A DNA stretch of 64,000 nucleotides from a virus (lineage: Duplodnaviria; Caudoviricetes): positions 10,432 to 74,431 of IMG/VR virus record IMGVR_UViG_2602041884_000001; one strand, written 5' to 3'. Shown piece after piece: positions 1 through 10,000 of the stretch (position 1 is the first letter of the stretch; every line of letters starts with the position of its first letter). The notes below the pieces were generated by a model, which was given only the letters and a program-made list of their open reading frames with translations, did not search any database and was not told where the DNA came from. A program made the translations under genes and the position numbers.

Positions 1-1
1 G

Positions 2-82
2 CCGAAGCCCGAAGAGGAGTCCAAGAAGGAAGAAGCTCCCAAGGGTGGACCGGAAATCACCCAGCCCTCCACCGGCCGATAA
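2..82 (+). CDS. 3' end of an upstream virion-region gene (partial)
   Basis: Open frame PKPEEESKKEEAPKGGPEITQPSTGR* ends at TAA 80-82, just before the next RBS. Confidence 0.6.
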   Translation, partial: PKPEEESKKEEAPKGGPEITQPSTGR

Positions 83-91
83 GGAAGAACG

Positions 92-607
92 ATGACTGGC
101 CCGAACCGTCCCGTGTATTGCACCGAGGGTGCAATCAGGGTTCATCTTCAGAACATCAAGCTCCCAACTGGCGTAAGCTGGGACACGATGGCGGAGACTG
201 CATCGAACGAGGTTGACAGTACGATCGGCGTTCGGTACGTCACGCCAGTCATCGTTTCTCCGCTTGACCCGGCAACAAGTGCCGCTGCCTATTGGCTGCA
301 GAATGTGTCTGCGCTTGTTGCTGCAGCTCGATTTATGCTCTCGGCGTCCGCTCCGGGGTCGATGGACACTGCCAACAGGTATGGACAGTACTTGCTTCGC
401 AACGCCCAGTCGATCATGCTGGACGTGGTCAACGGAAAGGTTGATCTGCCGGGCGCAGAGGAGCTGTCGTCTAACGACTCTGTTATTCAGGGTCCGACTA
501 CACTCAATGGAGATTCGTTCTCCCAGGTCGACATGTTCTACGACAACTTCATGGCAGAGGGAATCATGCCAGGCCGAAGGCCAAGTGGTGAGTCATGGCC
601 CCGGTAG
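92..607 (+). CDS. head-to-tail adaptor-like protein
   Basis: 171 aa; AAGGAAG RBS; position upstream of tail genes; C-terminal 'VVNGKVDLPG' is typical of Mu gp36-like adaptors. Confidence 0.6.
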   Translation: MTGPNRPVYCTEGAIRVHLQNIKLPTGVSWDTMAETASNEVDSTIGVRYVTPVIVSPLDPATSAAAYWLQNVSALVAAARFMLSASAPGSMDTANRYGQYLLRNAQSIMLDVVNGKVDLPGAEELSSNDSVIQGPTTLNGDSFSQVDMFYDNFMAEGIMPGRRPSGESWPR

Positions 608-1095
608 TTAACCTGCAGGTAGTAACCGACATTCGCAGGCCGACCCTAAAGCTCCGCGCACTGCAGGACAGGGTGAGCGGAGCTGGGCTGGCGTCCTTTA
701 TGCACGGGTTCGCGGCTCCACTCCTGCAGGATAGAGCAGCCGCCCGGTTTGCCGAGGAGGGCGATAGCGCGTCGGGTTGGTGGCAGCCGCTGCGTGAATC
801 CACTATCGCAAGACGCGAGAAGGAGAACCTCGTTCCAATCAAGATCAATGATCGAACGGGAGCCCTCCGGACCTGGGTGGAGAATGCACCAGGTAGGATT
901 GTTGCAACCAAGGCGTCGGCGGCAATCGAGTGGCCGGGCAGGCCAGCCAACTCAACAACAGCAAAGAAGCTCAAGGTTGCACAGATGGGCTTGAGTGATC
1001 CATATACGCCGAGGCGTCCAGTCGTTGCAATCGACTCGGGCGACCTCCTGACAATCATGGCAGCACTGGAAGCCTGGATTGGAAGTGTAAAGTGA
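595..1095 (+). CDS. virion morphogenesis / tail completion (neck) protein
   Basis: 'RFAEEG..WQPL..ST..TGAL..PRRP' pattern of the phage virion morphogenesis family; synteny. Confidence 0.65.
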   Translation: MAPVVNLQVVTDIRRPTLKLRALQDRVSGAGLASFMHGFAAPLLQDRAAARFAEEGDSASGWWQPLRESTIARREKENLVPIKINDRTGALRTWVENAPGRIVATKASAAIEWPGRPANSTTAKKLKVAQMGLSDPYTPRRPVVAIDSGDLLTIMAALEAWIGSVK

Positions 1096-1577
1096 TAGAC
1101 AATCCAGGCGATGTATTCTTTCCGTACAATGCCATAGCGGTCCTGGAGAGTGCAACGAGAGTTGTTATTGATCCAGACCTCAACTTCGAGCGCCGAAGGC
1201 TTATCGTAACTGATCCAAACGATACGGTTGGAATCACTCCGGTAAGCTGGAATCCTGTTGCCGGTGAGATCGGTCGAGTCGAGTCAACGCTCCAGCTGTA
1301 CACCATTTACGTGCAGACACTCATCGTTGACCCGGAAGAATCTCGTGGACTTCAAACCCATTCGTACTTCGCAAAACGTGTGAGGGAAATGCTTGTGCGA
1401 CACAAACCGTTGCATGTAGCATTGGGTTCACTCCAGACGACCGACCAAAACGGTGTGCGCGAGAAGATGCTGAAGACAACTGTTGGCGAGCAGGTCTTCC
1501 ACAATCAGGAAGCAGACGGAAACTGGCGCTACCTGAGCACCCTTGAGCTTCGGCTCGAAACTCAGATTCAAAACTAG
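1092..1577 (+). CDS. tail terminator-like protein
   Basis: 161 aa; 4-bp overlap with upstream gene; lies upstream of the major tail gene. Confidence 0.55.
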   Translation: MIDNPGDVFFPYNAIAVLESATRVVIDPDLNFERRRLIVTDPNDTVGITPVSWNPVAGEIGRVESTLQLYTIYVQTLIVDPEESRGLQTHSYFAKRVREMLVRHKPLHVALGSLQTTDQNGVREKMLKTTVGEQVFHNQEADGNWRYLSTLELRLETQIQN

Positions 1578-1589
1578 CAAGGAGTAAGG

Positions 1590-1895
1590 ATGCCTTCACA
1601 GGAAGAGCTGCAGGCAAAGCGCGACGAGCTCGCCGCACTGCAGAAGTCCAACGCCGAGAAGCAGGCCGAGAAGGACGGCGAGGCCGCCGAGGCTCGGCGT
1701 CAGGCTGACTACGATCGACTCGAGCAGGAGATCGCGTACGCCAAGCAGGCTCAGGAGATCTTGGGCAGCACCCCGCCCGACAACAGCGCAGGTAACACCA
1801 GCGCAACGCCGCCGGACAACGCAAACGTTCCCCCGGTGACGCCGCCGAGTGTGCCGAACTTCAACCTCGGCAACGACGAGAACGAGGAGAACTAA
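1590..1895 (+). CDS. hypothetical protein (coiled-coil N-terminus, Pro/Asn-rich tail)
   Basis: AAGGAG RBS; strong codon bias. Confidence 0.7.
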   Translation: MPSQEELQAKRDELAALQKSNAEKQAEKDGEAAEARRQADYDRLEQEIAYAKQAQEILGSTPPDNSAGNTSATPPDNANVPPVTPPSVPNFNLGNDENEEN

Positions 1896-1898
1896 GTC

Positions 1899-2918
1899 AT
1901 GGGTGTCAGTTCACAGCAGGGCGTCTTTGCTCTGAAGACGCAGGCGTCGCGAGGCACTCCGGCAACGAACATCGGTACCACTGGCCTGGCGATGTATCGC
2001 ACGGGCGGTTCGATGACTCCGAACCGCGAGCTCATGATCCCCGATGCGGAGATCGGCGGCGGTCGAGATGTGCCGGACGCACTGCTCGGCCCCATCTCGT
2101 TCGGCGGCGATATCGAGTTCTACACTCGATTCAACTCGATCGGCATTCTCCTGAAGGCTGCGCTCGGTGCTCCCGTCAGTGCTGCTGGCACTGCAACGGG
2201 AACCAACGAGCACGAGTTCATTCCCACCGATGCAACCACTCTGCCGTTCCTGACGGTCTACGAGCGCATCGGTGCGAATCTCGAGCGCATTCTGTACCAG
2301 GACTGCGTGGTGAATACTCTTCACCTCGAGTCGGATGCGGACGGCTACCTGACGGGTACTGCGGGCCTCATCGGCTGCCGTGGCACCTTCGGCGCACCGG
2401 ACGAGGACGTCTCGACGGTCCTGGACGAGACCACGATCACCGTGGGAACCAACATCAAGGTTCTCTACGGCGGCACGGACATCAAGGCGAAGTCGTTCTC
2501 GATCGACATCAACAACAACTTCGAAGATGACGACTTCCGTCTGGGCTCCTTCTACCTGGAGGACCTCACCCCGAAGCGCCGCGAGGTCAACGGCTCGCTC
2601 ACCCTGCGTCACGAGAACAAGGACATGATGCGCCAGGCGCTTCTGGGCTCCTCGTCTGCGACCCAGGCCGGTGGCCTCACGACCAAGGAAAAGATCGAAA
2701 TCCAGATCGACACCTACGGCGAGATTCCCGGATCGACCCCGCCCACCACCTTCGGACTCAATCTCGAGTTCGGCAAGACGGTGTTCGAGCCCTTCGGCTT
2801 CGAGCCCTCGGGCGACGACATCCTCGAGTCGGATGTGACCTTCCAGGCACTCCGTCCGGTCTCGGCAGACCCGGTGATGAAGGCGACGCTGATCAACGGC
2901 CTCGCTGCAATCCCGTAA
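1899..2918 (+). CDS. major tail (tube) protein
   Basis: 339 aa; strong codon bias; 'SFSIDINNN..R.VNGSLTL' tail-tube pattern; precedes chaperone and tape measure. Confidence 0.85.
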   Translation: MGVSSQQGVFALKTQASRGTPATNIGTTGLAMYRTGGSMTPNRELMIPDAEIGGGRDVPDALLGPISFGGDIEFYTRFNSIGILLKAALGAPVSAAGTATGTNEHEFIPTDATTLPFLTVYERIGANLERILYQDCVVNTLHLESDADGYLTGTAGLIGCRGTFGAPDEDVSTVLDETTITVGTNIKVLYGGTDIKAKSFSIDINNNFEDDDFRLGSFYLEDLTPKRREVNGSLTLRHENKDMMRQALLGSSSATQAGGLTTKEKIEIQIDTYGEIPGSTPPTTFGLNLEFGKTVFEPFGFEPSGDDILESDVTFQALRPVSADPVMKATLINGLAAIP

Positions 2919-2941
2919 GACCAGGCTACCTCCTGGGGCTG

Positions 2942-2983
2942 GCCCCTCCTGCTTTGTGTCTAACTCCCCGGGGCAGGAGGGGC
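2942..2983 (+). terminator. hairpin after major tail gene (terminator or processing site)
   Basis: GCCCCTCCTGC ... GCAGGAGGGGC 11-bp inverted repeat; no long U tract. Confidence 0.5.
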
Positions 2984-2989
2984 TTCCAA

Positions 2990-3062
2990 TGTGATATAGC
3001 TCAATTGGCAGAGCGCTGGACTGTTAATCCGGTGGTTGAAGGTTCGAGTCCTTCTATCACAG
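2990..3062 (+). tRNA. tRNA-Asn(GTT)
   Basis: Acceptor TGTGATA/TATCACA; D arm GCTC/GAGC; anticodon loop CTGTTAA; T arm GAAGG-TTCGAGT-CCTTC; CCA not encoded. Confidence 0.95.
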
Positions 3063-3114
3063 CTTTATAACTGAATACAAGAAAGTCAACCAAAGACCAC
3101 GAAAGGGTCACCCA

Positions 3115-3705
3115 ATGACTGCAGGCATCCCCGTTGCGGGAGCACAGGACACCAGCGACTTCGAAGGCCGTCCGGAGGTCGAACGCGCAAACGAGCGCGC
3201 CGTCGCAGCTGGCGAGCAGATCGAAGAGCGTCAGTTCGTCGACTACTTCGCGGCACCGCAGCCGGAGCGCTGGTACCTGCCCGACGGTGTTCAGTACTTC
3301 GAGTTCCAGGAACTTCGCGAGGGCGGCAAGGCTGCATACGAGAAGGCAACCAACAAGGACATTCGTGTCCAGCGCTCGACGGGCGATGCTCGCCTGTCGG
3401 TCGACCCGGCAACCCAGCGTCAGACGCTGATCCGCCTCTCTGTCACCGACGTGCACCTCCTGCAGTCGGACGCGCGAGGCATCGCAGTCCCGATGGTCTT
3501 CAACAAGGATCGTCCCGGCAAGTTCTGGGAGAACCTGTTCACGTTCTTCCCGGCGAAGCTCGTCGATCAGCTGCACCAGGAGATCACGAAGGCCAACGCC
3601 TGGCTGGCGGCAGACGACGACGTGGAGGCGCTGAAGGAAGAGCGCGAGCGCCTCGATGAGCGCATCGAGCGCGCCGAGGAGGAGCAAGCAAAAAAGACCT
3701 CCTAG
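3115..3705 (+). CDS. tail assembly chaperone (short form)
   Basis: Between major tail and tape measure; ends just after slippery A AAA AAG (3690-3696). Confidence 0.85.
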   Translation: MTAGIPVAGAQDTSDFEGRPEVERANERAVAAGEQIEERQFVDYFAAPQPERWYLPDGVQYFEFQELREGGKAAYEKATNKDIRVQRSTGDARLSVDPATQRQTLIRLSVTDVHLLQSDARGIAVPMVFNKDRPGKFWENLFTFFPAKLVDQLHQEITKANAWLAADDDVEALKEERERLDERIERAEEEQAKKTS

Positions 3706-3965
3706 CAGAGCAGGCGAGTGACTTCGTAAAGGGGAAGTCGATTTCAAATCCCCACCCTGCTTTGCTGATCTACGGTCGACTCGAGGCGATGAAGTGGTCA
3801 ATCCCCTATTCGCCCGGCGGACTGGAAGATCAAAGCGTGATGTTGCTCCGATCGTTCGATCTCATCAATAGAGTCAAGGGTGAGCACGAGCGCCAGGAGA
3901 ACAAGAAGCGCGAGCAAGAAATGAAGTCTAAACAGCAGAGCAGGCCGAGAGGCAAGCGACGCTAA
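3115..3965 (+). CDS. tail assembly chaperone, -1 frameshifted long form
   Basis: -1 frame is open from 3696 to TAA 3963-3965 and contains the 3762..3965 ORF. Confidence 0.85.
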
Positions 3966-4013
3966 TACACACAAAGGGTAGTGCTTGAATAGCACTACCC
4001 TTTGTGTGTATTA
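3963..4013 (+). promoter_or_regulatory. 23-bp perfect inverted repeat overlapping a putative promoter TTGAAT-18-TATTAT
   Basis: TAATACACACAAAGGGTAGTGCT-tgaat-AGCACTACCCTTTGTGTGTATTA. Confidence 0.6.
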
Positions 4014-4074
4014 TTGGCATCACTCAAAGGACACACGAGGTCCATCACCATTGGACCTTAAGTCTGGAGTAGCC

Positions 4075-7000
4075 TTGAACTCGAGCGTGAATATCCTCAT
4101 CACGGCAGCGGCTAGCCGGGCTCGCTCTACCATTAATTCGGTACAGGCGCAGCTTCGCTCGCTTCAGGCGGCAAGTGCTACCACTCGAGCTTCGTCCAAT
4201 GGACCCTGGTTTAATGGTCTCGCTCCCGCCCAGGGTCGCATCGCGAGCACCCAGGCACAGCTTCGAACCCTGACGGGTGTTACCAATACCGCTAACGCGG
4301 CGAGTAACAGGCCCTGGTTCGCCTCTATGACGGCTTCCGGTTCACGACTACAGTGGATCGGCAAGCAGCTAACAACAAACTTCACGGCCCCGGTCCTGAT
4401 TGCGTCCGCCGTTGGAGTGAAGTTTGGGCTCGACATGGAGAAGTCCATGACGCGCGTCCGAAAGGTCTACGGCGACGGTGCGCTGGCCCAGAAGGAACTC
4501 TCGAGCGGAATTAACATCACCGCTCGAGAGACCAAGGCTCTCGAGAAGAACTTCATTGCACTCTCGGATCGGTTTGGCGTTCAGGCTGACGAGGTTGCTG
4601 GCGTGGCTGCCGAATGGGCCGCTGCGGGCAGCTCTGGTGTGGCACTCGCAAAGCAGACCAAGCTCACTATGGAGACTATGGTCCTTGGCGAGATGGAGGC
4701 CGCCGAGGCAACCAAGTCTCTCATTGCGATTCAGGCCCAGTGGGGCACTGATACCGAAGGCCTTACGCACACACTTCGCCAGCTTAACGCGGTTGAAAAT
4801 GAAACTGGCACCACACTCTCTGATCTCGTTGTAGGCTTTTCGCGAGCCTCCGCGTCGGCTCGAGCCGCCGGACTCCAAACCGGCGAACTGGCCGCAATGA
4901 TTGCCGCTCTTACTCCTGCGGCAGGCTCTGCGTCCGAGGCTGGTAACTCTCTTAAGACGGTCTTCGCTCGCATTATGAAGCCGACTGCAGACTTCACGAA
5001 GGTTATGGATGCTATGGGCATCCAGACCGAATCCTCCGCTTGGCAGAGCATGAACGCTGGAAAGCGTCTTAAGTTTCTTGCGGACAGCTTCAAAGATCTT
5101 ACTGCACCGCAGCGCGCGGTCGTCTCGTCGCTCGCCGCCGGTAACTGGCAGGTCAACCGCTTCCAGCAGCTCATGGAGGAAATGGGCAAGGAGAACGGCT
5201 ACTACGGAAAGACGCTCAAGCTTCTTGCTGATAATGATCGTGTTGCAGCGATTGCACAGAACGAGCTTAATGCCGTTCTCGAGTCGAGTCCGCAGCGCGC
5301 AAAGCAGGCTGGCGTAATTATCCAGAACTCTCTTATGAAGGCTATGGAACCTTTGATTCCGGTCATCATTCAGTTGGGACTCTGGTTCGGCAAGCTGTTC
5401 CGTTCGTTCTCGGAGATTGACCCGAAGATCAGGACGACGGTCATTGCCCTCCTCCTTCTGCTTGCAGTACTCGGTCCAATGATCGTTGCGGCAGGCATCC
5501 TCAAGCTCTCTATCGGACAGCTTGCGCCAATCTTCATGTTCCTCGGTCGAGCACTTTTGCTCCCGCTGGCGCCACTAAAGCTTCTTCGTCTCTCGTTTTG
5601 GGCAACAGCAGCTCAGACCGTAGTCGGCTCTCGCCTCATGGCGGTCGCGGTCGTAACAATGAACTCTATGGCGACAATGCTCAAGGGCGTTGCGCTTATT
5701 ACGGTTGCCGCATGGAGGATCGTTGCTATTGGAGCGGCGGTAACGAGTCGAGCTATGGTGGCAGCCTGGGCTGTTGCTCACGCAAAGCTTGTTCTCATGC
5801 AGGTGGTAACCGGCATTAAGCTTACCCGACTCCAGTTTGTCATGTATGGCGCATGGCTCACTGCTCAGCTCGTGTGGGCACAAGCCTCGGCTGCTATCGT
5901 AACGCTTTGGCGCAAGCTGCAGTATGCAGGATACCTACTCTGGTCCCGCGTCAGCATTCCACTGTTTGCACTTTGGAGCGCAATCACCACCGGAATCCAG
6001 AAGACCTGGGCAGCGACATGGCTTGCCATGCAGGCAACCTGGCGAGCTGCCGTCATTATGGGCGAGGCCGCCTGGGCTGCTGCATCTGCTCTCAGGATTG
6101 CAATCTGGAGTGCCACTACACTGGCAATGCAGCGCAGCTGGTCACTTGCCTGGCTTACGATCAGCTTCGGCTGGGCTGCCGCAACCACTGCGATCACGAC
6201 CGCCTGGGCTCGCGCCCAGCCGATTCTCGTCCTGGCCGCACAGGCGTCCATGCTCGCAATCGTTCGGGCCGGAAGCGCGGCAATCCTGATTGTCCAGAAG
6301 GCTTGGGCACTCGGCATGATGCTCCTCTCTGCCTCCACATGGAAGGGGCTCATTGCCCTTTCTGCTGGCGGAATGAAGGGCATCTTCACGATGGTCCTTC
6401 GAGGCGGCGCGATGATTCTTGGCGCACTGGCTTCGCCGTGGATTCTTGCAATCGGGGCTGTCGTCGGCCTGCTTGTCGTGTTCCGCAAGCAGATCGCACA
6501 AGCCTTCAACAATATCGTTGCATACTTCAAGAACCTTCCGGCAGAGACCGCGAAGGGGCTTTCGCCTATTGCGAACATTTTTATTAAGATCAAGAACGTT
6601 GCGCTGCGTGCATTCAATGCACTGCCCAACGGAATTAAGTCTGCACTCCTCAAGGTTGTTGCGATCGTTCGCGCAGCCGCACTGAAGGTGTACGAGCTGT
6701 TTTCGTACATCAACCCGTTCGCGCACCACTCGCCCTCGCTGGTGGAGAATGTTACGAACGGCATGGAGGTTGTTAACCAGCAGTTCACCAACAGCGCTAA
6801 CCATGCCAAGCGCACGATCGGAGCTCTTCATGCTTCGATCAAGACACTGCAGGGCTTGAGCAAGCCTGTCGTTGACGCCAACACAAAGGCCGACTACGAT
6901 AAGGTTCGATCGAACGCGAACCAGGCTGGCGTCGGAAATGCAATGCCAGCCTATGACAAGCTGAACGCGCAGGTCAAGGCTGGTACGGCACAGCTGACTG

Positions 7001-10000
7001 CGATGAATAGGACAATTGATGCTCACGAGGCGAAGCTCAAGCGCATCAAGTCTGGCGTAGACCAGTACGACAAGGCACTCGAGAAGCTAAATAGCGAGCT
7101 CAATGTAACCAAGTCCATCCAGGAGGACGTGGGCCGCGCCCTGGACGGCGCAAAGGCTCGCTACGATCGCTATGCTAATGCACAGATCGCTGGAATGGGC
7201 GCGGCGGAAGATGCCGCCTTTGCTAACGAGCAGGCGCAGAAGCGTCTTCAGCTTCAGATCGCCAAGATGGAGCAGGAGTCTGGCACTATCGATAGTGTCT
7301 CCGACTCGTACTCCAAGCTTCAAGGGCAGATCGAAACGCTGACCGCGAAGCAGACTGACCTGCGCAATGCTGGCGCAGGTTCCGACATTCTCGGAACCTA
7401 TGACAAGATGATTGCTGACCTCAAGAAGCAGCAGTCGGGACTTATGTCGGGAGGTGCGGACAGTCCTGCCGGAAAGATTGCAGCACTCAATACGCAGCTC
7501 CAGAAGCTCCAGAACCAGGCCAACGTTATGGACCTGGAGAAGTCCCTTAAGTTCGACAGCCTGAATCGTAACATCGACAAGTTCAAGAACAACGTCGAAG
7601 AGCTTCCATATGGCGAGCTCATGAACGGACTCGACTCGTCTCGATCTTCCGTCAACGCACTGCAGTACTCGTACGATATGCTCGACTCTGTGATGGCAGG
7701 GCAGAATGCTCGAATTGCACAGACGCAGGCACAGCGAGACGCACTGCAGAAGGTTTACGATGCAGAGAACACCAAGCTCGAGGCCGTAAAGCAGACCTAC
7801 GAGGAGGTCGAGAAGGCTGTTCGTGATGGCGAGCAGGCCCTCACCGACTTTGCGTCGGCAGCGGAAGAGGCGGTACGTCGCCAGGAGGAGGCTGCATCTG
7901 CGGCCAAGTCTGTCGGCAAGAAGGCGAAGGGTGGCAAGGGTGGCAGTGACGCTGGTGGTCCGGGTCTTGACGCATTCAACGACGCGGCTGCTGGCGACTT
8001 TGCAACCTTCGGCGGCAAGGACGTTATCGGCCGCGAGGGAGGACTCGACGACCAGTCGCTCGGCATTGACGAGCTTACGAAGAATATAACTGGAGATCTT
8101 GAGACTGCGCTCGGTGGGCTTAATCCATTCGAGCCTCTTAAGAATGCCTGGAATAAGACAATGGACTGGTTCCGAAACCTCGGAGCCCCCATTAGTGATG
8201 TCTTTGGCGGCATTGGAAGTTCGATCAGCAGTGCTTTCAACCCAGGGGAAAACGAGAACGTAAGCGCATTCGGCGGAACGCTTGATAAGATCAAGGAATC
8301 CGGTAGCAAGATCTGGGATAGCCTCAAGAAGGTCGGCGACCTTATTGGCGGACTGTTTGGTCCAGACCTCCTGACCACAGTCAAGGAGCTTGGCGCTGGT
8401 TTTGCCGAGATTTGGGGAAAGATCGCAGACCCGCTCCGCGAGCTCGGTGGCGAGATTCTTCCATTCCTTAAGGCCGCATGGGAGCCACTTGCGGTTGCCA
8501 TTGGTGCCGCTATTGGTGTCCTGGAGATTCTCTGGGAGGTCATCAACGGCGCAATTGGGCCGGTGTTCAGCTGGCTTGGTGACATCATCGCCCAGATTAT
8601 CAATGTCATCAAGGGCGCAATCAAGATCATCACCGGAGTCATTAATGTTGTGATGGGTGTCGTAAAGACGATCATCGGTATCATTAAGGGCATCTTCACT
8701 GGCGACTGGGGCCAGATGATCGAGGGCCTCAAGCAGATCTTTGTTGACGGATTCGGTAAGATCTTTGGCGGAATCTGGGACATCGTTAAGTCCATCTTCG
8801 TTGCCATTTGGTCTACGATTAAAAACTTCGTTAAGCTTATCTGGAACACAGTCTGGGGATTCGTCAAGGGTATCATTGACTTCTTCTACCACCTGTGGGA
8901 CGTCCTGGTTGGACACTCGATCGTTCCTGATACGATCAACTCGATCATCGATTGGTTCAAGTCCCTGCCAGGAAAGATTCTCAGCGGCCTGTGGACCTTC
9001 ATCAAGACTGTCATCGGATTCTTTGCGAAGCTTCCAATGCTCATCCTCAAGGGCCTGCTTATGCTTGGCCAGTTCCTGTGGAGAGCATTTAGCGCCGCCT
9101 TCATCTGGCTTGTTCAGAATCTACCTGGCGTCATCGTTGGACTCATGACATGGGTTGGCGGACTTGTTGGCAATATTCTCGGATGGCTCGGCGACCTCGG
9201 CGGCAAGCTGCTCGAGTGGATGGGCGCTGCATGGCAGTGGCTCGTGGACAACGGTCCTACGATGCTCCTGAATCTCATGACATGGCTCATGGGTATCGCT
9301 GCCAACATTCTCGTTTGGCTCGGCAACCTCGGCGGCAAGCTGCTCGAGTGGATGGGCGCTGCCTGGAAGTGGGTCGTTGACAATGGCCCGAGCATGCTTG
9401 CATCGCTCATCGTGTGGCTGGCTTCAATTCCCGGAAAGGTCATCGGCTGGCTTGGCGACATCGGAAGCAAGCTCGGCGAGTGGCTCAAGGCCGGATGGGA
9501 TTACCTGAAGGACAACTGGCCTACGCTTCTTGCCAAGTTCATTATCTGGCTCGACGGCATCAACGACTGGATCATTGACAAGCTCAAGGGACTTGGCGGC
9601 AAGCTCGGCAAATGGATCAAGTCTGCCTGGGATTGGATCGTTGATAATGGTCCAGATCTTCTCGGGAAGTTCTGGAACTGGATCAAGGGACTGCCTGGCA
9701 AGATTCTAGAGAAGCTTGGCGACGCAAGTAAGATGCTCTACGATTTCGGCAAGAACATGATCCAGGGCCTACTTAATGGCGCTGGAGAACTCCTGTCCAA
9801 GATCGGCGAGTTCATGCTTGACAAGCTCCCCGGCTGGATCAAGACTCCGTTCAAGAAGGCGATGGGCATCAACTCGCCGTCGAAGGTCTTTGCTGGCTAC
9901 GGCAAGAACATCGGCGAGGGCCTCATCATCGGCATGGATGGAATGGGCAAGCGGGTCGAGGGTGCGTCGCATGCTATGGCGGCTGCCGCAGATGCTGGCA

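Noticed and set aside
3985-4074. ORF-track start of the tape measure at 3985
   Set aside because: It lies inside the palindrome with no RBS; TTG 4075 has GGAG upstream.
7087-8916. Long antisense ORFs (609 aa here; also 11185-12747, 13842-15257, 37029-38348, 50132-51409)
   Set aside because: These are shadow frames of GC-rich, codon-biased genes, with no RBS or recognisable motifs.
9194-9362. Direct repeat as a CRISPR or DGR template/variable pair
   Set aside because: It is an in-frame 44-aa tape measure periodicity; there is no reverse transcriptase and no adenine-specific divergence.
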